64,000 nt of DNA from Candidatus Woesebacteria bacterium. GTDB taxonomy: Bacteria; Patescibacteriota; Microgenomatia; UBA8517. Of this stretch, positions 1 through 8,749 are shown one piece after another (positions within the stretch are counted from its first letter, which is position 1; each line of letters starts with the position of its first letter). The notes under the pieces are model-generated. The model worked only from the letters and a program-made list of their open reading frames with translations. It did not search any database and was not told the origin of the DNA. The translations under genes and the position numbers were made by a program. The stretch spans positions 272,715-336,714 of the forward strand of contig CP055308.1 in assembly GCA_013374855.1 (NCBI GenBank), read 5' to 3'.

Positions 1-1677
1 CAAATCAAAAAGACAGCTTCAAAAATATCTTCTATGTCATCCGCTCTTGGTTTCTTAACCAGAAGAAAAGCCCCATTTTTGGAAAACACAATAACAGAAA
101 AAAAACCAGGTTGGTTAAACATACATCTCTCTGCCATGGGCATTACCCCAGAGCCAGTTGCCCGTTTTCTTACACAAAGTCTTAACTTTGGTAGTTTCTC
201 TTCCCCTAACATACTAGTTTCGCCAATTTTTAATTTTGCTTTTGACAAAATTATTCAAAAATTAGCTACCACACCCAAAATAAGAAGTGTCGTTTCCGGT
301 CTAACAACAAAGCTTGCAGAAAAAACAGCGGCTAAAGTTGCTGCCACAAAAATTGGGGGGAAATTAACAGCTGCTCTAGCAGCCAATGTAATACCTGTAG
401 CAGGACAGATTATTTCAGCAATAGCAACTGCGCTTTCTATCAAAGATATCACTATTGGAATAGCAAAATGGATTAAAGAAAACTCAGACAAGCTCACTTA
501 TATTCTTGCAGGATTTTTGGTTGGCGGTTTTGCTTTAACCGGCGCACCAATTTTTCTTGTAGCCGGGCTGGGCATTGCTGGTTTTGCTTCAAGAGCGTCA
601 ATTGGTATCTTTATCATATCAACACTTGGTGCAATAGGTTCGGCGGTTCTAGCTTCACTACTTATTCCTATGCTTATTGTTTTTATTGGAATTCCAATTC
701 TTGTTGTTATTATTCTCTTTATAATAAATTCAGGTGCTTATGTATATCCGCCATCAACTACAAATCCACCAGGTGCGCCATCAGGAATAATACAATCAGA
801 ATATATAAATTTAATTAAAAAAGCAGATGTTGACAAAATACCAAACCTAACAACCACTAAAGAGATAAACTATACAATACAGATCACACCCAAAAAGGGT
901 GCTGTAACTATTAAAAGTATAGAAAACAAATATAATATTACAGGAGGCAATAACCCAAACCCCATACAATCACCAGACCTATCTTCTTATGTTGGAAACA
1001 CTATAAACCCTAGCCAAACCCTAACAATCAGTTATAAAATTAATGTTGATCCAAGTCATAATAATTCTATTATAGAAGACATCGTAATCATTGTTGTTAC
1101 CACAAGCGATGGAAAAGATTCCACGGCTTCAACATCCTACTCCATAATGATAGGTTCTCCTCCTGTTGACTGCCCTATTCCAAACGGAAAAATAACCTGG
1201 TGGTCATACCAACCTGGAGATGAAAACGGGACAAGACATGGAAACAACAGATACTGGGGAAGTTATTCCTGTCGCTCATGGCCACTTCCACAATCAACAG
1301 GATGCTATGGACCATCTGATCCATCAGCTTCAGATAATAAATGCTTTAAAGAAACAAGTAAGTGTTCATATTATGGTTATGCGATTGATGTTGTGGGCAG
1401 CAATAGCGTATACGCACCAATGATAGGCGGAAAACAATTAACATGGAATTGTTCTTATGGTTTTGCCAACGGAGGCGGTTCTGCCGGATATACCTATATT
1501 TGTTCTTCTGGAAATTACCGATTAATTCTAACTCATATGAAAAACAATGCCAAAACAGGTACAATTAACTCAGGAGAAAAGATAGGAGAATTGTATCCTA
1601 TGCCAAACGCACACTTGCATATAGAATTAGCTATCGGTGGACAATATGTAAAACCAGAAAATTATCTTTGCAGATGA
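1..1677 (+). CDS. Membrane-anchored protein with C-terminal M23-family peptidase domain (5' end outside window)
   Basis: Frame is open from base 1; hydrophobic TM block; C-terminal AIDV...LTHM...HLHIEL...VKPENYL matches the M23/LytM HxH signature. Confidence 0.7.
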   Translation, partial: QIKKTASKISSMSSALGFLTRRKAPFLENTITEKKPGWLNIHLSAMGITPEPVARFLTQSLNFGSFSSPNILVSPIFNFAFDKIIQKLATTPKIRSVVSGLTTKLAEKTAAKVAATKIGGKLTAALAANVIPVAGQIISAIATALSIKDITIGIAKWIKENSDKLTYILAGFLVGGFALTGAPIFLVAGLGIAGFASRASIGIFIISTLGAIGSAVLASLLIPMLIVFIGIPILVVIILFIINSGAYVYPPSTTNPPGAPSGIIQSEYINLIKKADVDKIPNLTTTKEINYTIQITPKKGAVTIKSIENKYNITGGNNPNPIQSPDLSSYVGNTINPSQTLTISYKINVDPSHNNSIIEDIVIIVVTTSDGKDSTASTSYSIMIGSPPVDCPIPNGKITWWSYQPGDENGTRHGNNRYWGSYSCRSWPLPQSTGCYGPSDPSASDNKCFKETSKCSYYGYAIDVVGSNSVYAPMIGGKQLTWNCSYGFANGGGSAGYTYICSSGNYRLILTHMKNNAKTGTINSGEKIGELYPMPNAHLHIELAIGGQYVKPENYLCR

Positions 1678-2144
1678 AAAAACTAATCACAAAAAAACAA
1701 GTAATAATTATTATTGCTTCCGTTGTGTTCTTTTTATCTTTTGTATTTTTTGCTTTTTATTTACTCCCCAAAAAAGAAAAAAACAATATTCCCCAAACAA
1801 TTCCAGAAACATTACCCTTTGAAATAAAAGACAGACCACAAGGAGGAGAAATAGAAACAGCGTTAGATAATCTTGCCTTCAGTTTTACTTTCTCTAAAGA
1901 GATAGACAAAAACTCTGTTTTTGTTCAAATAAACCCTGACACCGAATTTGAAATATCTTTTGAAAACAACAACAAAACTCTTACTATTTTTCCTAAAAAC
2001 AAATGGATTTATGGAGAAAATTACGAAATAAAAATAAACTTGAAATCAAAAGAAAAAGACGAAATAAAAGAACCAATTTTGCACAAATTCAAACTAAATA
2101 AGCCAAAAAACTCCCCAATGGACGAAAGCCAAATAGGATATTAA
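1674..2144 (+). CDS. Membrane-anchored Ig-like (Big_5/SbsA-like) domain protein
   Basis: N-terminal TM; FTFSKEID...LTIFPKNKWIYGENYEI pattern; ATGA overlap with the upstream stop. Confidence 0.55.
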   Translation: MKKLITKKQVIIIIASVVFFLSFVFFAFYLLPKKEKNNIPQTIPETLPFEIKDRPQGGEIETALDNLAFSFTFSKEIDKNSVFVQINPDTEFEISFENNNKTLTIFPKNKWIYGENYEIKINLKSKEKDEIKEPILHKFKLNKPKNSPMDESQIGY

Positions 2145-3241
2145 ATTTTAACCGGCATTATAATATGAAGATAATTTTTGTTTGAAATATCTCTAAATTC
2201 AGCCGGTGAAGAAGAATTATTAAAAGACATTTTAACTCTTTCCCCCTTAACTGACTCAACAAAATCAAGTAAAAATTTATAATTAAAGCCTATTTCCAAA
2301 TCATCACCTTCAACATTCGCATCAAAAATACTTTCCTGCGATCCTGAAAGCTGATTTTCAGCCAAAAACCTAGCCTTGCCACTAGTAGAATCTATCAAGA
2401 TTCTCACCACATTAGAAGATTCTTTAGCAAAAACCGAGGCGAGTTTCAAACCTCTTATCATATCTTCTTTATCCAAAAAAACTTTCGTCTTAAACTCTTG
2501 TGGAATTATTTTTTCAAAATCAGGATATTCTCCATCAATTATACGAGAAAAAAATATAGCATCTCTTAATTTAAAAACCACCATATTCTCTGACCCATCA
2601 TAACCAAACTCAAAATATTCATCCGCATCTGCAAAACGAACGATCTCGTTCAATATGCTTTTAGGAACAATTATTTTTTCAACAGGAAAGTCAAATTCCC
2701 CAACACTAGACAAAGAAAGTCTGTAACCATCTGTGGCTACAAGATTTAATTTTTTTTCTTTTTTATAGAACAAAACACCCGTTAAAACAGGTCTTGTTTC
2801 ATCAAAAGAAGAAGCAAAAATCACAGAAACAATAGATTCAAGCAAACTCTTTTTAGATAGTCTAATAAATTTTGCATCCTTACCAACAGAAACTTTAGGA
2901 AATTCGGATGCATTAATCCCAGCTAAGCGAGAAGAAAAACCTTCACTTTTAATGATCAGGTTTTCTTTATCTAAACTTAGATTTAAATTTCCAGGTTTGA
3001 GATTGGAAACAATTTCTAAAAAAAGCCTTGCAGGAACTGTTATAGAACCATCTCTTTCTGTTTTTGCACCAATGTCCATTCTTACAAACATTTCAAGATT
3101 TGTAGATGAAACGGTTAATTTGTTCTTAGAGCTTTCGAGCAAAACATTGCCTAAAACCGGAATTTGAGGTTTTGTGCTAATAAATCGTGATGCAATTGAT
3201 GCTACCTCCCTTAAATCCTCTTGTCTTACTTGGATTTTCAT
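2141..3241 (-). CDS. dnaN: DNA polymerase III beta sliding clamp
   Basis: 366 aa; TNLE, ETRPVLTGV, VATDGYRL, GEYPDF and C-terminal IMPV motifs; downstream of dnaA. Confidence 0.98.
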   Translation of the reverse strand: MKIQVRQEDLREVASIASRFISTKPQIPVLGNVLLESSKNKLTVSSTNLEMFVRMDIGAKTERDGSITVPARLFLEIVSNLKPGNLNLSLDKENLIIKSEGFSSRLAGINASEFPKVSVGKDAKFIRLSKKSLLESIVSVIFASSFDETRPVLTGVLFYKKEKKLNLVATDGYRLSLSSVGEFDFPVEKIIVPKSILNEIVRFADADEYFEFGYDGSENMVVFKLRDAIFFSRIIDGEYPDFEKIIPQEFKTKVFLDKEDMIRGLKLASVFAKESSNVVRILIDSTSGKARFLAENQLSGSQESIFDANVEGDDLEIGFNYKFLLDFVESVKGERVKMSFNNSSSPAEFRDISNKNYLHIIMPVKI

Positions 3242-3289
3242 TTGTTTTAAGTATAATTTATTTCTTTTTTGAAAACCAGTGTTTGTCTT

Positions 3290-3531
3290 TTAATATAGAG
3301 TAGATCTAGTAGTAGGAATTGTTGAAAAGTGTAAAAGTGTTCCTGATTGGTCTTGTTTTCTTTTGTGGATTTTGTCTTATAACAATTGTGGATATTCTTG
3401 TGGATAAACAAGCTATTTCTGTTGATAAGTGGAAAAATTTTGTTTTTTATCCCCATATTGCTTTTTTTATCCCCTCAATATCCTCTCTAATATCCACATT
3501 GGTTGAGGCAAGTTTTGTAATTTTTTCCACA
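3290..3531. other. Chromosomal replication origin (oriC) between dnaA and dnaN
   Basis: DnaA boxes: TGTGGATAA 3399-3407 (perfect), TGTGGATAT 3387-3395, TGTTGATAA 3420-3428, TGTGGATTT 3364-3372, TGTTGAAAA 3320-3328, plus opposite-sense boxes 3447-3455, 3490-3498, 3523-3531; TAG-repeat DnaA-trios about 3296-3315; + strand switches from A/C-rich to G/T-rich here. Confidence 0.88.
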
Positions 3532-4835
3532 GCATGCATTACTGTTGTATGATCTCTTCCTCCTGTTATTCTGCCAACTTCTTGAAGAGGGAGTTGTAAC
3601 TCCGTTCTTAATATGTACATTAGTATTTGACGAGGTAGAGATAATGTTTTGATTCTTGAGTTTCCCAATATTTGTCTTTTTTTTATTGAATATTGTTTAC
3701 ACACAATATCAATGATATCATCAGAACCCACTTTCTTTTTTTCTTTGTTGCCATTTTCCCCCTCCCTTTTTCCAAGAAGATGTTTAATTGTTTCTTCATC
3801 TACAACACTTATATTTTCAAGTTGTATTTTGCTTTGCAGACGAATTAAGAATCCTTCTATTTTTCTTGCTGTATCAAGATTGCCGGCAATAAGCTGGACC
3901 AAACTCATAGGAAGGTTCATTCCCTTTTCTTTTAATTTTATTTGGGTTATGGCGCATCTTAATTCAAAATCAGGTGGGGCAATGTCAACAATAAGCCCTG
4001 CTTCAAAACGACTTCTTAATCTCTCCTCCAGTTTTGAAATGTCAGATGGAGGCTTGTCTGAAGTCATAATTATTTGTCCACCTGACGCAACTATGGCGTT
4101 GAATGTGTGGAAAAACTCTTCTTGGACAGCGTCTTTTCCTGCGATAAACTGAATGTCATCTATTAAAAGTAGGTCTAGTTTTCTGTATTTGTTTCTGAAT
4201 TTTTGGGTTGTTTTATTTCTTATTCCTTCTACAATATCATTTGTAAAATCCTCTCCTGTGCAAAAGTAGACTTTTTTATTTATGTTGTATTTTTTAACTT
4301 TTATTCCCACCGCGTTCATGAGGTGTGTTTTACCAACCCCAACCCCTCCCCAGAGAAACAGAGGGTTATATGAAGTGCCGAGATTTTTGGCAACTGCCTC
4401 GCAAGCTGCCCATGCCATTTGATTTGAGGAAGAGACAGCAAAATTTTCAAATGTAAAAAATGGACGCAGGCGGCAGTTTTTGATTTCTTCAAAAAACTCG
4501 CTGGTGTATTTTTTATTTTCTGCCTTTTCTTTAAACAGAGGAGTCTCAAGACTCTTGTTTTCTTGATTTTCTTGTGTTTTTATCTCAAAGATTATGTCAC
4601 ATTTTTTTTCGGTTATCTTTTCGAGAGTGTCTTGCACCAAGCCGTAATATCTGTTTTCTATAGTATTTTTGGCAAAGGAGGAAGGACAACCTATTTCAAA
4701 AATTAGTCTTCCCTCTTTTTCTTTAATTTGGCTTATGAAAGTTTGGGAAAACCAAGTATTGAAGATTGCCGAGGAAACGGAAACCTTTATGCTTTTGAGG
4801 CAGCCTTGCCAAATTTTTTCTTTATCTACTTCCAT
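3447..4835 (-). CDS. dnaA: Chromosomal replication initiator DnaA
   Basis: YNPLFLWGGVGVGKTHL, LLIDDIQFI, QEEFFHTFN, RLRSRF, GGRDHTTVMHA. Confidence 0.99.
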   Translation of the reverse strand: MEVDKEKIWQGCLKSIKVSVSSAIFNTWFSQTFISQIKEKEGRLIFEIGCPSSFAKNTIENRYYGLVQDTLEKITEKKCDIIFEIKTQENQENKSLETPLFKEKAENKKYTSEFFEEIKNCRLRPFFTFENFAVSSSNQMAWAACEAVAKNLGTSYNPLFLWGGVGVGKTHLMNAVGIKVKKYNINKKVYFCTGEDFTNDIVEGIRNKTTQKFRNKYRKLDLLLIDDIQFIAGKDAVQEEFFHTFNAIVASGGQIIMTSDKPPSDISKLEERLRSRFEAGLIVDIAPPDFELRCAITQIKLKEKGMNLPMSLVQLIAGNLDTARKIEGFLIRLQSKIQLENISVVDEETIKHLLGKREGENGNKEKKKVGSDDIIDIVCKQYSIKKRQILGNSRIKTLSLPRQILMYILRTELQLPLQEVGRITGGRDHTTVMHAVEKITKLASTNVDIREDIEGIKKAIWG

Positions 4836-4886
4836 TTTATTTTGGGGTCTAGGGCAGAAGACACTTGTTAAAGAATATTTAACTAT

Positions 4887-4895
4887 TTATACACA
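4887..4895 (+). promoter_or_regulatory. DnaA box in the dnaA-rpmH divergent promoter region (probable autoregulation)
   Basis: TTATACACA matches TTATNCACA; next to a TTGACT -35-like hexamer on the minus strand (4899-4904). Confidence 0.6.
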
Positions 4896-4923
4896 ATTAG
4901 TCAACCCCTATTTTTTAGAAGCC

Positions 4924-4953
4924 TTGCAATTTTATCTGTTTTAAGATTATAAT
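4924..4953 (+). promoter_or_regulatory. Sigma70 promoter of the rpmH operon (leaderless)
   Basis: TTGCAA-18 nt-TATAAT; ATG follows 7 nt later. Confidence 0.65.
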
Positions 4954-4960
4954 TTCCTCT

Positions 4961-5092
4961 ATGTCAACAAAAAGAACATATAATCCGCACAAAATAAAAA
5001 GAGCTAGTAAATTTGGCTTTAGGGCCAGAAACAAAAAAAGAAAGGGGAGGAAAATTTTAAGACGTAGACTTTTAAAAGGTAGGAAAAAGTAA
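4961..5092 (+). CDS. rpmH: 50S ribosomal protein L34 (missing from ORF track)
   Basis: Manual translation MSTKRTYNPHKIKRASKFGFRARNKKRKGRKILRRRLLKGRKK (43 aa); canonical position between dnaA and rnpA. Confidence 0.95.
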   Translation: MSTKRTYNPHKIKRASKFGFRARNKKRKGRKILRRRLLKGRKK

Positions 5093-5097
5093 ATTAA

Positions 5098-5430
5098 GTG
5101 TTGCCTAGAAAAAATCGTTTAACAGATTTGTCTGATTTCGAAAGAATTAAGAAGGAAGGAAAGGTTGTAAAAAGTAATTTTTTCTTTTTGTCTTTTTTAA
5201 AAAACAATCTTCCTTTTTCGAGGTTTGGTATTATTGTCTCAAAAAACATCTCAAATAAAGCGGTTAAAAGGAACAAAATTAAAAGAATAGTCAGAGAATT
5301 TATTAGAAATAATGTTTTATCTGCTTTTGGAGGATATGATTTTGTAATTGTTGCAAGAAAGTCTGTTTTGGGAGAAGAAAATAAAATAACAAAAGAGTTG
5401 GAAGAACTTTTTCATATGGTAAAAAAATGA
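5098..5430 (+). CDS. rnpA: Ribonuclease P protein component
   Basis: RFGIIVSK, KAVKRNKIKR RNR motif; synteny. Confidence 0.95.
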   Translation: MLPRKNRLTDLSDFERIKKEGKVVKSNFFFLSFLKNNLPFSRFGIIVSKNISNKAVKRNKIKRIVREFIRNNVLSAFGGYDFVIVARKSVLGEENKITKELEELFHMVKK

Positions 5431-5624
5431 AAAAAATTGCAGTGATTTTGATAAAAGTTTACAGAATTTTTGTCTCTCCCTTTTTGGTAGCTATTTTTGG
5501 CAGAGGTTGTAGGTACAGAGTTACTTGTAGCCAATACTCTCTGCTTGTTTTTAAGAAATATGGTTTTTTAAAAGCTCTGAATCTTTCTTTGCGTCGTTTT
5601 TTTTCTTGCCATTCTTTTTCTTGA
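5427..5624 (+). CDS. yidD: Membrane protein insertion efficiency factor YidD
   Basis: CRY-x-TCSQY...RRFFSCH; synteny. Confidence 0.88.
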   Translation: MKKIAVILIKVYRIFVSPFLVAIFGRGCRYRVTCSQYSLLVFKKYGFLKALNLSLRRFFSCHSFS

Positions 5625-5630
5625 TTGTCT

Positions 5631-6467
5631 ATGTTTAATGCTGTTTTTGTTCAACCCTTAGCAAATGGCCTAATACTATTTTATAGATTGTTAGGAGAAA
5701 ATTTAGGAATAGCCATAATATTTTTTAGTTTTTTCTTGAGATTGGTTTTGTCTCCTCTTACAAAACCATATATGGAATCGATGAAGAAAATGAAAGAAAT
5801 AGCTCCTAGATTGGAAAAAATAAAAAAGAAGTTTAAAGATGACAAAATAAAAATAGCTCAAGCTCAGGCGGAACTTTACCGTCAGAACAAAATAAACCCA
5901 GGAGCAGGTTGTTTACCTTATCTTCTACAAATAATTGTTTTTATTGCCTTTTTTAGAGTTTTTAGCCTAACTCTTTATGAAGGAGGGGATATAACAGCGA
6001 AGTTTAACAATCTCTTATACCCTCCTTTAAAATTTTCTCAGGAAGAGGTTATTAACACAAAATTTCTTTATCTGGATGTTTCAAAGCCCGATGTTTTTCG
6101 TTTTTCTTTCTTGCCATTTCCTTTTCCCGGTCCGCTTGTAATTTTGGCCGCATTAGTCCAGTTCTTGAGTTCCAAAATATCTTTGCCAGTTAACACTGCT
6201 TACCGGAAATCTGTTAAGAAAACAGAGGAAAAGACGGATGATATGCAAGCGGCAATCCAGCAATCAATGATTTATACAATCCCTTTTATGACTTTGTTTT
6301 TCGGAATTAGTTTTCCTTCTGGTCTTGTTTTATATTGGTTTCTTTTTTCTCTGATGCAACTTGTTCAGCAGTACAAATCATATACTGGCAAGAGCATTCT
6401 ACCGTCTTTATTTTCGAGATCTGATTTGTTAAAATTCCAAGAGGTGGAAGACAAAAAAAATGAATGA
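5631..6467 (+). CDS. yidC: YidC/Oxa1 membrane protein insertase
   Basis: GIAII, NPGAGCLP.LLQ, PSGLVLYW motifs; synteny. Confidence 0.93.
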   Translation: MFNAVFVQPLANGLILFYRLLGENLGIAIIFFSFFLRLVLSPLTKPYMESMKKMKEIAPRLEKIKKKFKDDKIKIAQAQAELYRQNKINPGAGCLPYLLQIIVFIAFFRVFSLTLYEGGDITAKFNNLLYPPLKFSQEEVINTKFLYLDVSKPDVFRFSFLPFPFPGPLVILAALVQFLSSKISLPVNTAYRKSVKKTEEKTDDMQAAIQQSMIYTIPFMTLFFGISFPSGLVLYWFLFSLMQLVQQYKSYTGKSILPSLFSRSDLLKFQEVEDKKNE

Positions 6468-6942
6468 AGATACTCAAAAGCTTGAATTAATAGCAAAGGA
6501 ACTCTTTAGCTTATTAGGAGTTGATGCGAGCTTACAAGCTGGCGAGACGGAAGATGGAGATCTTTTACTGAATGTTGATGTTACGGAGAACAGAGGAATT
6601 CTAATTGGAAAGAGGGGTGAAAATCTTTCTTCGATTCGCACTTTTCTTCAACATGCTTTTTACAATAAAGTAGGTAGGTGGAGATATGTTAAGGTAACAA
6701 TAGGTGACTGGCTCAAAAGGCAAGAAGAATATCTTTTGCCTTTGGCAGAAAAAGCTGCTCAAAAAGCAAAAGAGACCGGTCAGCCTCAGCAGCTTTATAA
6801 CTTGAGTGCAGAACAAAGAAGAATTATCCATCTTGCTATTTCTAGAATGGAAGGTGTTATAAGCGAATCGGTGGGTGAAGGAAGAGAAAGATGTTTGGTG
6901 ATCAAACCAGATGGCAAAGAATCAAAGCCACAGAATTCTTAA
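6460..6942 (+). CDS. jag: KH + R3H RNA-binding protein (Jag/KhpB without Jag_N domain)
   Basis: LIGKRGENL KH motif; RRIIH R3H; SESVGEGRER; follows yidC. Confidence 0.85.
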   Translation: MNEDTQKLELIAKELFSLLGVDASLQAGETEDGDLLLNVDVTENRGILIGKRGENLSSIRTFLQHAFYNKVGRWRYVKVTIGDWLKRQEEYLLPLAEKAAQKAKETGQPQQLYNLSAEQRRIIHLAISRMEGVISESVGEGRERCLVIKPDGKESKPQNS

Positions 6943-8209
6943 GAAACTTTTCCTTAGGAAAACAATTTATCTTGAAAAAATCCTTCTTTTTTTAATATTT
7001 TTTCTTTCTCCAAGCCAACTTTCAAAGCACTTTTGGTTTCCGTGGTCTTTTGTTTTTGGGATAAGGGTTGATTATCTTGCGTTTTCTTTATCGATTGTTG
7101 ATATTTTGATTTATTGTCTTTTTTTTGTTTTTGTTTTTAGGAAATTCTTAGAGAAAGGTTTGCACAATGTTGCTTTTAGAGAAATTTTTTCTCCGTTTGT
7201 TTTTTTCTTTGTTTTATTGAATATGCTTGTGTCTGTAATTCCTCAAAACACTTTTTTTTATTTTCTAAAAACTTTGCCACTTTTTTTGTTGTTTTTTTAT
7301 TTGAGGAATTACAAGAAAAGTTTTTATAATTTTTTTTTCTTTGCTTGTGTTGCCTCACTTGTTTTCTTTGGGTTAATAGGGGTTTTACAAGTTGTTTTTG
7401 GAAAGACATTGGGCGGGGTGTTTTGGTTTTTGGGAGAAAGGAGTTTTGATGTAAACACTCCCGGTATTGCTCTTTTTTCTTTTCTTGGACAGGATCACCT
7501 GCGGGCATATTCAACTTTTCCGCACCCCAATGTTCTATCGGGTTATTTTGTAGTAATTGTCTTTTTACTTTTGTCGGTTGTTTATAAAATTTGGCATGGG
7601 AAAACTTTTATTTTTTTAACAATTTTTTTGTCTTTTTTCCCTTTTGTTCTTTCTTTTTCTTTAAACTCTTTTTTCTCGCTTTTGGTTGTTTTTGTGATTT
7701 TATTTTTGAAAAGATTTTTTGGCAAGAAAGTTTTTTTGTATATTTTGAGTTCTGTTTTCATCTTTAGTTTTATCTTTCTTTTTATTCTTCCTGGAAAGCT
7801 TGATGTTGATTTGGGAGAAAGTGTTGTAGAAAGATTACATCTTCTTTCTTTGGCAGGTAGAGTTTTTTTACAAAAGCCTTTTTTGGGTGTGGGTTTTGGT
7901 AATTTTATTCCCTCGACTGTTTATCAAAATGTCTCTTGGGGGATGTCGAATTATTTACTTCAGCCAGTTCATAACATTTACGCTTTGGTTTTGTCGGAGG
8001 GGGGATTGTTTGGTTTTGTGTTTTTTTACATTTTCTTTTTAAGGCTTTTTTTGTTTTCTTTTGCTAGAGGAAAAACTTGGCTTTTGTCGGCTTTGGCATT
8101 TATAATGATAACAGGATTGTTTGATCATTATTGGTTAACTTTAGATCAGGGCAGATTGGCTTTTGTTTTTTTAATTTCATTTTTGTTCAAAAATGGCAAA
8201 CAGTTATAG
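6911..8209 (+). CDS. O-antigen ligase/Wzy_C family membrane protein
   Basis: Multi-TM; RAYSTFPHPN, GVGFGNF, PVHNIY, FDHY motifs. Confidence 0.85.
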   Translation: MAKNQSHRILKKLFLRKTIYLEKILLFLIFFLSPSQLSKHFWFPWSFVFGIRVDYLAFSLSIVDILIYCLFFVFVFRKFLEKGLHNVAFREIFSPFVFFFVLLNMLVSVIPQNTFFYFLKTLPLFLLFFYLRNYKKSFYNFFFFACVASLVFFGLIGVLQVVFGKTLGGVFWFLGERSFDVNTPGIALFSFLGQDHLRAYSTFPHPNVLSGYFVVIVFLLLSVVYKIWHGKTFIFLTIFLSFFPFVLSFSLNSFFSLLVVFVILFLKRFFGKKVFLYILSSVFIFSFIFLFILPGKLDVDLGESVVERLHLLSLAGRVFLQKPFLGVGFGNFIPSTVYQNVSWGMSNYLLQPVHNIYALVLSEGGLFGFVFFYIFFLRLFLFSFARGKTWLLSALAFIMITGLFDHYWLTLDQGRLAFVFLISFLFKNGKQL

Positions 8210-8648
8210 AAAAATAACAATTAACACTGACGGCGGGGCGAGAGGCAATCCTGGGCCTGCAGCCTGTGCCTTTGTAGCAAGAGAAAACGGAAGGGTTGTT
8301 TGTAAGAAGGGTTTCTTCTTAGGAGAAACAACAAACAATGTTGCAGAATACAGCGGGATAATAGAGGCTTATAGGTGGGTTTTAGAAGGCGGGAAAAATG
8401 TAGAAGAAATTGTTTTTGAAATCGATTCGGAGCTCGTGGTAAAGCAATTAAACGGTTTCTACAGAGTCAAAGACAAAGAATTAATTGTACTTTGGAATAG
8501 AGTTAAAGATATGGAAAAAAAGACAAATGCCAAGGTTTTTTATGTTCATGTTCCAAGAAGTAAAAACAAAGACGCTGATTTTCTTTTGAATTCTGTCCTG
8601 GATGGTTTAAGTATAGTTTCACGTCATCAAAAAACCTCTATCACTTGA
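8193..8648 (+). CDS. rnhA: Ribonuclease HI
   Basis: TDGGARGNPG, TNNVAEY, DSELVVKQ, NKDAD catalytic motifs. Confidence 0.92.
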   Translation: MANSYRKITINTDGGARGNPGPAACAFVARENGRVVCKKGFFLGETTNNVAEYSGIIEAYRWVLEGGKNVEEIVFEIDSELVVKQLNGFYRVKDKELIVLWNRVKDMEKKTNAKVFYVHVPRSKNKDADFLLNSVLDGLSIVSRHQKTSIT

Positions 8649-8749
8649 AAAACCACCCTTTACATTAAGATGAAAAAAACAATGGCAAGAAAAGAAAACA
8701 CTAGTTTTTTCAAAAAAATCATCGTGTTCTTTCTTTTGTAGACTATCAC

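Noticed and set aside
3247-3552. ORFs 3247-3456 (-) and 3319-3552 (+)
   Set aside because: They overlie oriC DnaA boxes and the dnaA 3' end; no protein motifs
7119-7338. Poly-T tracts (8-9 nt) in the O-antigen ligase-like gene as phase-variation switches
   Set aside because: Similar T and A runs occur throughout this skewed AT-rich sequence and the frame is intact
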